Shown here piece after piece: positions 19,238-30,024 of a DNA stretch of 64,000 bases (the stretch's first letter is position 1; each line of letters opens with the position of its first letter). This DNA comes from Candidatus Woesearchaeota archaeon. Lineage in GTDB: Archaea; Nanobdellota; Nanobdellia; SCGC-AAA011-G17; UBA489. The stretch is from assembly GCA_964622835.1 (NCBI GenBank), contig CAZUSA010000001.1, positions 223,468 through 287,467 of the forward strand. Direction: 5' to 3'. The translations under genes were made by a program, and so were the position numbers. The notes beneath the pieces were generated by a model. The model was not told the origin of the DNA. It did not search any database and worked only from the letters and a program-made list of their open reading frames with translations.

Positions 19238-19677
19238 ATATTTCCATACATTTCATAACATCAATAATGATTACTATTGGCCTTTTTCCTTGGATTGGTT
19301 GGCATAGTTTGTGGGCGATAGTTGGCGGATATCTTATTGATGCAGATCATGTATTGTGGACTGGTTACAAAAAAGGTATTTATTCTATAAAAAAATCATA
19401 TTACCATCATCTTGATAGAAAAAAGAAGAAAGGGTATGAAAAAGGTGTCTTACATATTTTCCATACCGTTGAATTTGTTCTTTGGATGGTTGCTATGAGT
19501 TACTTGATGTATGTTTTTCAAGAACGTTGGATGTTCTACATGTTTGCTATAACACTGTTAGGCATGATTGTTCATTTAACGTTGGATTTCACACAACTCA
19601 TCCATGATAAAACACTGGATGCCCGTGCAATATCGTGGTATTGTTGGTCTCAAAAAAAGGCAAGAAAAGGTTTATAA
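19234..19677 (+). CDS. hypothetical polytopic membrane protein
   Basis: Three to four TM segments; possible DxDH motif (LIDADHVLW). Confidence 0.4.
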   Translation: MNISIHFITSIMITIGLFPWIGWHSLWAIVGGYLIDADHVLWTGYKKGIYSIKKSYYHHLDRKKKKGYEKGVLHIFHTVEFVLWMVAMSYLMYVFQERWMFYMFAITLLGMIVHLTLDFTQLIHDKTLDARAISWYCWSQKKARKGL

Positions 19678-19699
19678 GCCACCTACACGGGCTAAGACG

Positions 19700-20635
19700 A
19701 TGAAAAAGATTAGTATCGGAAGTCCAAAGAAAGAACCTGTTGCTTCGGTTGTTCTTTGTGTGTATAATGAAGAAAATTATCTTGATGATAGTTTATTGAG
19801 TCTTAAAGAACAATCATTTACTGATTTTGAAGTTGTTGTTGTTGACGACGGAAGTACGGATAAAACGCTTGATGTTGCAAATAAATACGATGTACGTATT
19901 GTTCAACAAAAGCATGACGGTCTTGGTGCTGCACGAAATAATGGTGTAAAAAATGCCAAAGGTAAAATTGTATTGTTCCTTGATGCAGATATGACCTTTG
20001 ATAAAAACTATATTAAACAATTAATAAAACCTATTCAAGAAAATAAAACAAGTGGTACAACACATGGAAAAGAACATGCTAATAATTTACAAAACCCTTG
20101 GGCAAGATGTTGGGGAAGAGTAAGGATTGATCCGTCTATATCTACACGAACGCCAAAAAATTATCGTGCAATAAAACGTTCTGCATTTTTAAAATCTAAA
20201 GGGTTTGATTCATCATGGGGGTATGCTGATGATCAAAGTTTAACAGCACAGGTTGGTCCTGCATTAATTGTTAATGATGCACAGTGCTATCATCAAAATC
20301 CTTCATCATTACAAGAAACATATTTGCAAGCACGGTGGATTGGTGGTTCTACAAATAAAAAATATGTAAAACTTCTTCTAACATTGTTTAGCATAGGCAT
20401 TATTTTTGGGATAACAAGTTGGATAATGGGTCTTGCTGCAACAGCAGTACGATATGGTTTGATACTAAGTGGAATTATGTTCATTGTCTTTGTTATATTT
20501 ATGACGCAAAAAACAATACGTCGTGAAAAGGATTGGGGTCTTTTATTTATTTACCCTGGATTTCTTTGTGTTCGCGTAATTGCAACATTGCATGGTATTT
20601 TACGTCAATTAGGCAAAAAGAGCCATTTACAGTAA
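19700..20635 (+). CDS. glycosyltransferase family 2
   Basis: VVLCVYNEENYLDDSLLSL...VVVVDDGSTD...FLDADM (GT-A DxD); C-terminal TM segments; start at MKKISIG. Confidence 0.7.
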   Translation: MKKISIGSPKKEPVASVVLCVYNEENYLDDSLLSLKEQSFTDFEVVVVDDGSTDKTLDVANKYDVRIVQQKHDGLGAARNNGVKNAKGKIVLFLDADMTFDKNYIKQLIKPIQENKTSGTTHGKEHANNLQNPWARCWGRVRIDPSISTRTPKNYRAIKRSAFLKSKGFDSSWGYADDQSLTAQVGPALIVNDAQCYHQNPSSLQETYLQARWIGGSTNKKYVKLLLTLFSIGIIFGITSWIMGLAATAVRYGLILSGIMFIVFVIFMTQKTIRREKDWGLLFIYPGFLCVRVIATLHGILRQLGKKSHLQ

Positions 20636-20678
20636 ATATGAAGGGAATCCTTATAAATCTCAAAACATAGGTGCAACC

Positions 20679-22223
20679 ATGGCAAAACCAAGAGTATTAT
20701 TGATTAATCCACCTAAAATACGGCGTAGTGGGTCGGGGTACATCTCCGAAATAGTAGATATCGGTGTACCTATTGGTTTGTTAGGAATTGCTTCGTTTGT
20801 AGAAAAGAGTGATATACATGTAAAAGTTGTTGATTGTGTTGGTGATCCAAAAGCCGAAGCACTGAATGTAACTGAGAAAGATGGTTCTGAAGTATTAATG
20901 TATAGTATTACTGAAAAAGATTTTAATGAGCGCGTTAAAGACTTTAATCCTGATGTTGTAGGTATTTCTGGTCAATTTGTGAGCCAGTATAATGAGGTTA
21001 TTTGGACGACTGAAAAAATAAAAAAATTATTGCCTAATGTTAAAATTGTTGTTGGTGGTTCTTTTTTACATCGCGATTTGCTTACTAAACTTGAAAAGAT
21101 CCCTTCTATTGATATTTGTGCATTCGGTGAAGGCGAACATACAATGGTTGATATTACCAAAGCAATTACCAATAAAACACCTTTAAGTGGAGTACGTGGT
21201 ATTGCTTGGAAGGATGAAAAGGGTAAAGCACATTCGACAGAAAAGAGACCCTTCATTTATGATTTGGATACGTTACCATTACCTGCTTATCATTTAGTTG
21301 ATATGGATTTTTATTTAGATTTACCGAAGAAAGGATTTTATAATCGTGTTAAAGATACGAAACGAACCATTACGTTTATTACTTCAAGAGGATGTCCTGA
21401 ACAGTGTTGTTTTTGTTCTGTTCCACGCGTGAGTGGAAGTGTATGGAGAAGAAATTCTGTGAATTATGTGCTTAAACATATGAAAGTTCTTGTTGATACC
21501 TATGGTGTTGAGCGACTACATATTGAAGATGATAATTTCACATTAGATATGAAGCGAGCAAGAGAGATCTTTGAAGGTATGATTAAACAGGGTATTAAGG
21601 TTGAATGGGACACATTAAATGGTGTTCGTGCTGATCGTTTAGATGAGGATATGCTTACCAAGATGAAAAAATCTGGTTGTGTTAAAGTGTGTATTTCTCC
21701 TGAAGTTGGTAATCAAAAGATTCTTGACGAGGTTATTAATAAACGTCTTGACCTTAAAGATGTTGAAAAGACTGCACGGTTGTGTAAAAAGATTGGATTG
21801 CCATTACAAGCATATTTTATTATTGGTTTTCCTGGTGAAACAAAAGAAACTATTAAGGAGACAGTGTTATTTGCTAAGAAGTTAAGTAAAAAATATGATG
21901 TTATCGTAAGCGGTGCATTACGTGCCACACCATTTTATGGCACTCCATTGTATAAGACTGCAAAAGAAAAAGGATTTTTGAAAGAACCAGATCCAACAGA
22001 ATTTGATAAGAGTCTTGCTGGAAGTGCTGGCCTTATTGAAACGGATGAATTTGATGAAGCATATTTGGATAAAGTAAACAAACATTTGATTCGTGCAAGT
22101 TATTATTACTCTGCAAAGAGATATCTTAAGAATCCTAAAAAATTAGTAAGACGATTTAGAAATCCATATCTTATTGCTTCAACAATAAAACGATTTATTA
22201 AAGGTAATAGAGAGCTAATTTAA
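20679..22223 (+). CDS. B12-binding radical SAM enzyme (class B rSAM), paralog 1
   Basis: N-terminal cobalamin-binding-like Rossmann region followed by the radical SAM motif RGCPEQCCFCS (CxxxCxxC). Confidence 0.75.
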   Translation: MAKPRVLLINPPKIRRSGSGYISEIVDIGVPIGLLGIASFVEKSDIHVKVVDCVGDPKAEALNVTEKDGSEVLMYSITEKDFNERVKDFNPDVVGISGQFVSQYNEVIWTTEKIKKLLPNVKIVVGGSFLHRDLLTKLEKIPSIDICAFGEGEHTMVDITKAITNKTPLSGVRGIAWKDEKGKAHSTEKRPFIYDLDTLPLPAYHLVDMDFYLDLPKKGFYNRVKDTKRTITFITSRGCPEQCCFCSVPRVSGSVWRRNSVNYVLKHMKVLVDTYGVERLHIEDDNFTLDMKRAREIFEGMIKQGIKVEWDTLNGVRADRLDEDMLTKMKKSGCVKVCISPEVGNQKILDEVINKRLDLKDVEKTARLCKKIGLPLQAYFIIGFPGETKETIKETVLFAKKLSKKYDVIVSGALRATPFYGTPLYKTAKEKGFLKEPDPTEFDKSLAGSAGLIETDEFDEAYLDKVNKHLIRASYYYSAKRYLKNPKKLVRRFRNPYLIASTIKRFIKGNRELI

Positions 22224-24859
22224 ACATCTGCGACACGCGGATCAGGAAGTTCGTTACCATAATACCATTCACTTGGTTCAAGGTTATCTGGATAGTGTAA
22301 TTCCCATATTTTTAACGGACCAATGAGTCGCCCATTGTATACCATGAGAGGATGGTTTTGAAGGTTTGAATTAACAGTGTATATGGGTTCAAAGGCTTCA
22401 CTGTGTGTATCAAAGAGGAAGAGTTGCGTAAAGAGTGTTTTTCTAATTTTTGGACTAATGTATAGTGCTGAACCAAGTGATTCCTGTTGATCTCCATTAA
22501 TACGTGGAATAATCATGAGGCACGCATCGAATCCATCGTCACTAAACTGGTATTCTTTACCTTCAACAAATGCACAATTAAGAGGCACTTCATATTGTTG
22601 ACCGTTATACACCATGATAGCTGTGGGTTGTCCTATGACTGCCTGCCCATCCTCCTGAAGTACAACAGGCACAAAGAATCCTCCAATGGCTGCTTGTTGT
22701 TTGGGTAATAAAACACCATTGAAGACAATATCTTCATCAAGTGCTGTACCACCAGTGTAAACAAAGAGTATATCATCTCGCCGTTCTTGTGTTCGTGATA
22801 AGTCTAATTGGTATGTTGGAATCCATCCATAACGATCATAATCAACGTCACTACCAATACTACTAAATGCAGGATACTTTCCTATTTCATCTGATATCAT
22901 AAGCAAGTGTGTTGCATTTCTCGCATAGAGATATTCTAGTGCTTCTTCTTCACTTTGCCCGGTTATAACATGACGTCCCATGAAATAGTTAAGTGCATAG
23001 CCCCCTGCATTACCACCATCAGTAAGTGTTGCACGTTGTCCACCTGTTTGTACCCAGTATCCATAGTCCCACCAGTGTGCAAAGACCGCATCTTCATCAG
23101 TATTTTCTCGCACCCACTGCATAGCATATTGCCATTGAGGTCCATAACTTGGCCCTGTTGCTGCTGCTTGGTTGTTAACACGAGCATGAAGATTAGTTAA
23201 ACTTCCTTGTATAGTTGGCATAAATAAACAGAAAATAAGAAGAAAGTACCCAATAATACGAAGATGTTTCTTTTCAATTTTCCGTATAAGATCAAAGATG
23301 CAAACAATTGCGTAGGCAACAAGAATAGTTGTAACAGGCGAATAAACATGAAGTAACCGAATAGCACCACGTGCTGCGACGGTTAATACTACAAACCAGA
23401 GGAGTAAGAAGATAAGGTTATGATTAAAATATTTTACAGATTGGTAGAGTTCTTTGTCTTTTCTATAAGAGCGCCAATATAATATGCTACCACAAAGAAT
23501 GAAGAGTACAAGTGATCCCAAGTATAATGTTTTTGAAAAAGTATTTACACCGTCAAGGATAGTGCCTGCACGAAATCTACTAAAAATAAATGCAAGAATA
23601 AATAATGCATAGCCAATGGTTCCTTTGAGTTGTATCTTTGTTTTTTTAAGAAGATGATAAACAACAAAGACAGAACCAAGTAATAATAAGAACATATACA
23701 TCCAGCCCCATTGCCCAATCCAATCAGCTATGTAAGGTTGGTGACTTTCTGCGACAGTAAGATTCCAGCGAGTAAATCCAAAGGGTTCAAGAAGGTTAAG
23801 TATAACAGAAGATATTTTTCCAAAGACGGATTGAAAGCCTTCAATAACCGTTACAAGGAATATGCCTAAAACACCTGAGACAAGTGCACTAAAAATACCA
23901 AGAGGTATTTTATTGTGTATTTTCTGTTTAACCTTCCATGGATCTTTTTTTTGTATAATATGTCTAACAACACCAACAAGGAATGCAAAAAACATGAGCC
24001 CACTTGTTACACTAAGAAGGAGTATGGCTAGTGTGTATCGTTCACCAAAAAATGTTTTTAGTATAAGCATTGTTGTAACAAGCCAAACAGAATATACTGC
24101 AAAATCTTTGTCACTAAAGATGTTTAAAACAAGACCAACGAGTGCAAAACCACCGAAGATGAGGAATAATGAACTTACACCACCCCATGTTAATCCCATG
24201 AGGCCCGAAAGAACTCCTGAAATAAAGGCAAAGACGAGTGCGCGTTTCATTGTTTTTTCTTGCCATGCGCGAACGTAGAAGTACATCACTGCAAACATTA
24301 AGAACATTGCTAAACTTTCTTTGTCTGAGAATCCCGCGAGTGTCCTGTATAAATAGCTTGGTAAAACTACGAGAAATGCCGTTGCTAATAATCCTACTCT
24401 AAAGTCAAAGAGTCGTCGTACAAGCAAGTAAAAGAAAATGAGTGATAAACAAAAGAAGATGGGTGGATAAAGAACATGTGCAAGGTCTAATGTCATGGAT
24501 GAATTGAAGAAGTGAAGGAATTTATACAGGCCCGCAATAACGTGAGTGAGTACACCAAATTCTCCAATTTGTGTGTAACCAAAAGGAACATATCGTAAGG
24601 CATCTACTGCTGAGAGCGATCCTGTAGTTACTATTTCCTGTGCATATCGTAAAAAAATAAATGGGTCTAAGGCTAATGGAATGAATTTTCCAGTAGTAAT
24701 ATCCTTAAGGTGTGCTAATGGTTTTATACGAATGAGATATCCAAGAACAATAAAGAATGCAAGAGCAATCCACTGATAGGCGTTCTTCGTAAAGAGGAGG
24801 GATCTAAGTTTCTCTTTTCGTTTCGCGAGGATTTCGTCACCTTTCACGCTGGTGTGCAC
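22220..24859 (-). CDS. aglB: oligosaccharyltransferase AglB/STT3
   Basis: 879 aa with about 13 N-terminal TMs and the catalytic WWDYGYW motif. Confidence 0.85.
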   Translation of the reverse strand: MHTSVKGDEILAKRKEKLRSLLFTKNAYQWIALAFFIVLGYLIRIKPLAHLKDITTGKFIPLALDPFIFLRYAQEIVTTGSLSAVDALRYVPFGYTQIGEFGVLTHVIAGLYKFLHFFNSSMTLDLAHVLYPPIFFCLSLIFFYLLVRRLFDFRVGLLATAFLVVLPSYLYRTLAGFSDKESLAMFLMFAVMYFYVRAWQEKTMKRALVFAFISGVLSGLMGLTWGGVSSLFLIFGGFALVGLVLNIFSDKDFAVYSVWLVTTMLILKTFFGERYTLAILLLSVTSGLMFFAFLVGVVRHIIQKKDPWKVKQKIHNKIPLGIFSALVSGVLGIFLVTVIEGFQSVFGKISSVILNLLEPFGFTRWNLTVAESHQPYIADWIGQWGWMYMFLLLLGSVFVVYHLLKKTKIQLKGTIGYALFILAFIFSRFRAGTILDGVNTFSKTLYLGSLVLFILCGSILYWRSYRKDKELYQSVKYFNHNLIFLLLWFVVLTVAARGAIRLLHVYSPVTTILVAYAIVCIFDLIRKIEKKHLRIIGYFLLIFCLFMPTIQGSLTNLHARVNNQAAATGPSYGPQWQYAMQWVRENTDEDAVFAHWWDYGYWVQTGGQRATLTDGGNAGGYALNYFMGRHVITGQSEEEALEYLYARNATHLLMISDEIGKYPAFSSIGSDVDYDRYGWIPTYQLDLSRTQERRDDILFVYTGGTALDEDIVFNGVLLPKQQAAIGGFFVPVVLQEDGQAVIGQPTAIMVYNGQQYEVPLNCAFVEGKEYQFSDDGFDACLMIIPRINGDQQESLGSALYISPKIRKTLFTQLFLFDTHSEAFEPIYTVNSNLQNHPLMVYNGRLIGPLKIWELHYPDNLEPSEWYYGNELPDPRVADV

Positions 24860-24908
24860 AAAAGCCTGTTTAAATACGTTGCCCCTATGATTCCTTTAAA
24901 AAGAAATA

Positions 24909-26273
24909 TTATGTTTTTCTAAAAACACTTTTGATCACATCTACAATGATAATAATATCTTTTTTCTGCAAGAGTCCTACATGTAAGAGGAAGAAAATAA
25001 GTGGAAGAATAACAAAGATTCCGAAGATGTGCAAGTAGAAAGCACCAATAATAAAGAATGAAACAAAGAAAAGAGGCACTAAATAGTGTGTGAGTTTTAC
25101 TTTACGAAGGAACATGCAGAGTGCTGAAAAGTGTGCAATGGTTGTGGCTATGGTTATACCGTACAACCCGTATGCTGGAATGAGTAAAAAATCTAAAAGG
25201 ACATTAAAGAGTGCAGCGAACATTACAGGGAAGAGTATAATTTCTGGTTCAAGTCTCCCACTAAAGTACATGGCAATAACATGATTTACAGCAGCAAACA
25301 TAAGTCCAAAGAGTAAGATAGCTATGTAATGTTCAATGCCGACATATTGTGAAAATAAAATACGAAGAAAGGGTGATATAAATGAAACAATGAGTATGGC
25401 AAAGGATACAGAAAGAAAGACGGTTATACGTATGGAGCGTTTCAATAATGATTCTGCTGTTTTGTTATTTTTTAGTTCGGCTGATCGGGTGAGTAAGAAC
25501 ATGGAAATAGCTACAGGGACAACAAGTGCAACAGCTGCTATAGACCCCGAAACATTGTATCGTGCAACATTTTCAAAGGTTGATAAAAAACCAAGTATAG
25601 ATGCATCTATCCATGTTAAGAAAGCAAAGGATACAGAAACAATAGCAGTCACAATACCTTTTTTAAAATATAATCGGACAGGAGCTACACGTAAACGAAA
25701 TGTTTGAAAGAGTTTTTTGAATTTTCCAAAGAGCATACAAAACATAACGAGTGCAACGGTAAAGTATGCAAGTGAATAAGAAAGGAGGATTCCAAACTCT
25801 TGAAGGTTTCTAAAGAGTAATAAGAAGAGTAAGTATAAGATCATGGTAACAATGCCGAAACCTTGGACGAGATGATATTTGTGTTCGATACGGAAGAAGG
25901 ATTCAGAAAATCCTTTCATAAGGAAGAAAGGTAATGAAAGTATTAATGGCAATAACCATATGTGATGCCAAAAGATTGCAAGAGCAACAGCAACAAAGAA
26001 CAGTGCAAGAAATGTAAGGAAGTATGCTACTGATGATGCATCTCGTTTTTTAACACACCATGAGACGAATGTTTCGGGTATGCCAACTAATAACAAAAGC
26101 AATACGATATTAAATAAGGAAATTGCATGTGCTGCTTTCCCATAGTATTGTAATGTAAAAAGATTTGCAAGAAGTAATAAGACAACATACGTTACTGATT
26201 TGGATACAAAGTTAAGAAGAAAGAAGTAGAGTGTTTCTTTTCTTCCTTTTCCATCGTATTGTTTAGGTTTCAT
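24909..26273 (-). CDS. polysaccharide/oligosaccharide flippase (MOP/Wzx-like)
   Basis: 454 aa with about 12-14 TM helices; Wzx-like organisation. Confidence 0.6.
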   Translation of the reverse strand: MKPKQYDGKGRKETLYFFLLNFVSKSVTYVVLLLLANLFTLQYYGKAAHAISLFNIVLLLLLVGIPETFVSWCVKKRDASSVAYFLTFLALFFVAVALAIFWHHIWLLPLILSLPFFLMKGFSESFFRIEHKYHLVQGFGIVTMILYLLFLLLFRNLQEFGILLSYSLAYFTVALVMFCMLFGKFKKLFQTFRLRVAPVRLYFKKGIVTAIVSVSFAFLTWIDASILGFLSTFENVARYNVSGSIAAVALVVPVAISMFLLTRSAELKNNKTAESLLKRSIRITVFLSVSFAILIVSFISPFLRILFSQYVGIEHYIAILLFGLMFAAVNHVIAMYFSGRLEPEIILFPVMFAALFNVLLDFLLIPAYGLYGITIATTIAHFSALCMFLRKVKLTHYLVPLFFVSFFIIGAFYLHIFGIFVILPLIFFLLHVGLLQKKDIIIIVDVIKSVFRKT

Positions 26274-26325
26274 GATAAAAAGGTGTTACTAAAAATTATC
26301 GTAAAGAGCATATAAACGTATTGGG

Positions 26326-26820
26326 TTACATTATTGTTGCTTTTTCTATGACAATGTAACCTATAAAACTAACACGTCCGGCATAGTCGGTACCAACGTC
26401 ACGTAGTCCTTCAATAACTTCTTCACCTGAAGTTATGTGACCAAACACGACATTTTTCCCATCAAGTGCTGGTAGTGGTGCTGATGTAATAATAAATCGA
26501 CTTCCTGCTATTTTTTCACCATCAACTGCCATAGAAAGTAATCCTGATTTGTCATGGGTAAGTTCTGCACATTCTTCACGGTCAAGGGTATAGCCAGGAC
26601 CACCAGTTCCCCATTTTAATTTAAGAAGAATGTCTTTGCTTAAAGGATCTCCTGTTTCAAGTGTTCTTCCTCTAGAAATTTTATTGAATCGAACACCATC
26701 ATAGAAGCCTTCGCTAATAAGTTTTTTAAAATTTTCAACGGTTTTTGGAACCAACTCATCATAGAGTTCAAAGTCCATAGGACCTTGGTTTGTTTGTAAT
26801 CGTATGATTGTGCGTGTCAT
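26326..26820 (-). CDS. peptidyl-prolyl cis-trans isomerase, cyclophilin type
   Basis: Cyclophilin hallmarks VPKTVENFKKL, GVRFNKISRG, LSMAVDG...GSRFIIT, VVFGHITSGEEVI; start set at MTRTIIRLQ. Confidence 0.8.
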   Translation of the reverse strand: MTRTIIRLQTNQGPMDFELYDELVPKTVENFKKLISEGFYDGVRFNKISRGRTLETGDPLSKDILLKLKWGTGGPGYTLDREECAELTHDKSGLLSMAVDGEKIAGSRFIITSAPLPALDGKNVVFGHITSGEEVIEGLRDVGTDYAGRVSFIGYIVIEKATIM

Positions 26821-26884
26821 TGTATGTATCTTACGGGGAGAAAACGGCCACATAAAGCTTTTTAAAGATTTCTAAGATGTAAGA

Positions 26885-27214
26885 GTGATGGCTATTAAAT
26901 ATAGGAATATTCTTGGTATGTACATTCTTTGGACAATTACCTTTGGTTTGTACGGTTTATACTGGTTTGTGAAGACAAAAAATAATATGAATCAAAAAGG
27001 TGCTAAAATTCCTACGGCATGGCTGATGGTCATCCCATTGGTAAATGTGTATTGGTTGTATAAATACGCAGAAGGTTTTGCAGTAAAATTACAAAAAGAT
27101 AAGCATTCTTTTGTATGGTTTTTAGTCTTCTTCTTTATACCAATACTAACACCATTACTCGTTCAGTTAAAATTGAACAAAATAGCTAAAAAGACTGCTT
27201 CTTCACGGTGTTAA
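26885..27214 (+). CDS. small membrane protein (DUF4234-like)
   Basis: YILWTITFGLYGLYWF motif plus a second TM; 109 aa. Confidence 0.4.
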   Translation: MMAIKYRNILGMYILWTITFGLYGLYWFVKTKNNMNQKGAKIPTAWLMVIPLVNVYWLYKYAEGFAVKLQKDKHSFVWFLVFFFIPILTPLLVQLKLNKIAKKTASSRC

Positions 27215-27263
27215 ACACTGAAGAACATAAACATTTAAATACTAAAATAGGAAATAAAAAATT

Positions 27264-28661
27264 ATGACAAAAAAACCAACGGCGTTTCTTTTAGCACCAA
27301 ATTCTGCTGATGACATGGACGGTTCGCTTATTTCATATTCTATGGCTATGGGATATTTGGGTCCGTATGCAGAACGCGCAGGATGGAATGTTATTGTAAA
27401 GGATACCTATTGTTTAGATTGGGATGCAACAGAAAAATCTATTCGTGAAGTTATTGCAAAACACGATCCTGAAGTTATTGGTATTAATTGTATTACAATG
27501 AATCGCATGGCTGTGTATGATGCTATTAATTTAGCACGAGAATTATCTCCTAATATTAAGATCGTTATTGGTGGTGTACATCCAACAATGTTCCCTCAAC
27601 ACTTTTTACTAAGTCATCCTGGTGATGTTGTTGTGCGTTTTGAAGGTGAAGAAACCTTTGAAGATTTATTAAACACCTTCACAAGTGGTGGCGACCTTAA
27701 AGATGTCAAAGGTATTGCCTATAAAGAAAATGGCAAAGTAGCCTTAACAGCGTTACGTCCTCAAATTCAAGATTTAGATAATATGCCTTTTTTGAAGCAT
27801 GATTATTATTTAGATGATAAGAGTACACATGCATATTTCCTTTCTTCACGTGGTTGTCCTAATAGTTGTAATTTTTGTTCTACAGTATTACATTGGGGCC
27901 ACCAATATCGTATGAGAACACCAAAGAGTATGGTTGATGAAATTGAGTATGTTGTAAAAAAGTATCCAAGTATTGAAGAGATTCGGTTTATGGATGATAT
28001 TTTCACCTTAGATAATAAGAGAGTTATTGATATTTGTAAGGAAATTGTTCGTCGTAAAATTAAGGTAAAATGGCGTGCTGAAGGCCGTGTATATCCTACA
28101 TCACCAGAGATGGTACAGTGGATGGATAAGGCTGGTTGTATTATGTTGAGTTTTGGTGTTGAAACTGGTTCTCCACAGTTATTGGAAGAAGTTGGTAAGA
28201 ATCAAACAGTTGACCAAATTCTTAATGCGTTCAAAACAGTGTACCAATATTCTGATAATATTGAACCTGAAATGTTTTTCATTTTAGGATTGCCTAATGA
28301 GTCAGAAAAAACTGTTGATGAGAGTATTGATTTGGTAAAGAAGATTATTGATTTTTCAGGTAAGCCGTTAGCGTTAACGACAGCAAGATATCTTGAGATT
28401 TATCCTGGAACTGATATTTATGAAATTGCTCAAGCAAAGAACATGATTGATGACGATTACTGGTTAACAAATCCTGAAACACCAGTTTATTTTGAACATA
28501 CGAAAGACTGGTTAGCAAAGCAACGGTTTAAGATTCTTTTTGCAAATTGGACGTACCCTGGTGTGCGTGCAGTTACAAAGTTCTTAGTGAGAAAACAAAT
28601 GTGGCGTCCACGTAAAATTTACAATGTGGTCAGGCCATACATGAAAGGGTTGAATCAGTAA
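27264..28661 (+). CDS. B12-binding radical SAM enzyme, paralog 2
   Basis: SSRGCPNSCNFCS radical SAM motif after an N-terminal B12-binding-like domain; paralogous to 20679 and 41855. Confidence 0.75.
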   Translation: MTKKPTAFLLAPNSADDMDGSLISYSMAMGYLGPYAERAGWNVIVKDTYCLDWDATEKSIREVIAKHDPEVIGINCITMNRMAVYDAINLARELSPNIKIVIGGVHPTMFPQHFLLSHPGDVVVRFEGEETFEDLLNTFTSGGDLKDVKGIAYKENGKVALTALRPQIQDLDNMPFLKHDYYLDDKSTHAYFLSSRGCPNSCNFCSTVLHWGHQYRMRTPKSMVDEIEYVVKKYPSIEEIRFMDDIFTLDNKRVIDICKEIVRRKIKVKWRAEGRVYPTSPEMVQWMDKAGCIMLSFGVETGSPQLLEEVGKNQTVDQILNAFKTVYQYSDNIEPEMFFILGLPNESEKTVDESIDLVKKIIDFSGKPLALTTARYLEIYPGTDIYEIAQAKNMIDDDYWLTNPETPVYFEHTKDWLAKQRFKILFANWTYPGVRAVTKFLVRKQMWRPRKIYNVVRPYMKGLNQ

Positions 28662-28672
28662 TACGATGAACC

Positions 28673-29083
28673 ATGGAAAAAATTTATTCAACGCGAGAGC
28701 CAGAACGATTATTATTTGTTATTCAACGAAGTAATACGTTTACTGGTCGCGAGGATTTAACGTCTGCTCAAGAACCCTTGCAAGTAATGAGTATTTCTCC
28801 AGAGAAAGATACAGTTATTCCTGCACATAAGCATAATCCCCAAGATCGTGTGACAAAGACAACACAAGAAGCTATTGTGGTCGTTAAAGGAAAGATTGAG
28901 TCTACGTTGTATGATATTGATGATACGACAATTCTAAAGACGACTATTTTAGAGTCAGGCGATTGTTGTATAACCCTTGGAGGTGGCCATAGCCATCGTA
29001 TTCTTGAGGAAGGAACCCAATTGTATGAATGTAAAAATGGCCCATATAATGGTCCTGAAAAGGATAAAACAAATTTAAAATGA
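28673..29083 (+). CDS. cupin-fold protein (possible sugar ketoisomerase/epimerase-like)
   Basis: PAHKHNPQ...VVVKGK...GGGHSH arrangement resembles an FdtA/WxcM-type cupin; translationally coupled to fcl. Confidence 0.35.
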   Translation: MEKIYSTREPERLLFVIQRSNTFTGREDLTSAQEPLQVMSISPEKDTVIPAHKHNPQDRVTKTTQEAIVVVKGKIESTLYDIDDTTILKTTILESGDCCITLGGGHSHRILEEGTQLYECKNGPYNGPEKDKTNLK

Positions 29084-30024
29084 ATCTTTCAAATAAAAAA
29101 ATTCTTGTAACGGGAGGCCACGGTTTCTTAGGTAAGCATCTTGTACAATTATTGAAAGAACGTGGTATTTCTGAAGAACAGTTGTGTGTTCCTACAAGTA
29201 AAGACTGTGATTTACGTGATCGAAAACAAATAGAAACGTTATTTGCATCATTTGCTCCTGATGTTGTGTTTCATTTGGCTGCAAAAAAGGGTGGTATGGG
29301 TTATTACAAAGAACATCCAGGAACATTATTTTACGATAACGCAATGATGGGTATTCTGTTGATGGATGTTGCACAAAAAAATAATGTTGAAAAAATGATT
29401 ATTACTGGCACGGGTATTGCATATCCACAAGAAGCATCTATTCCTCAAAAGGAAGAAGATTTTTGGAAGGGATCTCCCCATCCTGTTGGCGCACCATTTG
29501 CTATTGCAAGTAAATTATTGTTAACACAAGCACAAGCGTATAGAAAAGAATATGATTTCAATGCAGTGTATGTTATTCTTTCAAGTATTTATGGTCCTGA
29601 AGATAATTTTGATCCTGAAGTCGCTCAAGTATTACCTGCGTTAATTAAACGGTTTGATACAACGATAAAAGAAAAGAAGAAAAGTATTTCAATTTGGGGG
29701 AGTGGTAAAGCATCAAGAGAATTCTTATTTGTTAACGATGCATGTGAAGCATTGATTGCTGTTGCCGAACGATATGATCAACCTGAACCGTTAAACATTG
29801 GAACAGGTGAAGGCACACCTATCAAGGTGCTTGCTGAAACGATTGCTAAAGAGTTTGATTTTACGGGTGAAATTGTATGGGATACTTCTAAGCCAGAAGG
29901 CCAGTTAAAACGGTGTTTTGATGTGTCTCGATGCAAAAAAGAGTTGGAATTTACGCCTAAAACATCGATAGAAGAAGGCTTAAAAGAGACCATTCAATGG
30001 TATCGCCAGCATGAAGCCTCTTAA
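29080..30024 (+). CDS. fcl: GDP-L-fucose synthase (GDP-4-keto-6-deoxymannose 3,5-epimerase/4-reductase, Fcl/WcaG-like SDR)
   Basis: KILVTGGHGFLGKHL Rossmann motif; SSIYGPEDNFDPEVAQVLPALIKRF matches the Fcl signature [24 protein letters not shown]. Confidence 0.7.
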   Translation: MNLSNKKILVTGGHGFLGKHLVQLLKERGISEEQLCVPTSKDCDLRDRKQIETLFASFAPDVVFHLAAKKGGMGYYKEHPGTLFYDNAMMGILLMDVAQKNNVEKMIITGTGIAYPQEASIPQKEEDFWKGSPHPVGAPFAIASKLLLTQAQAYRKEYDFNAVYVILSSIYGPEDNFDPEVAQVLPALIKRFDTTIKEKKKSISIWGSGKASREFLFVNDACEALIAVAERYDQPEPLNIGTGEGTPIKVLAETIAKEFDFTGEIVWDTSKPEGQLKRCFDVSRCKKELEFTPKTSIEEGLKETIQWYRQHEAS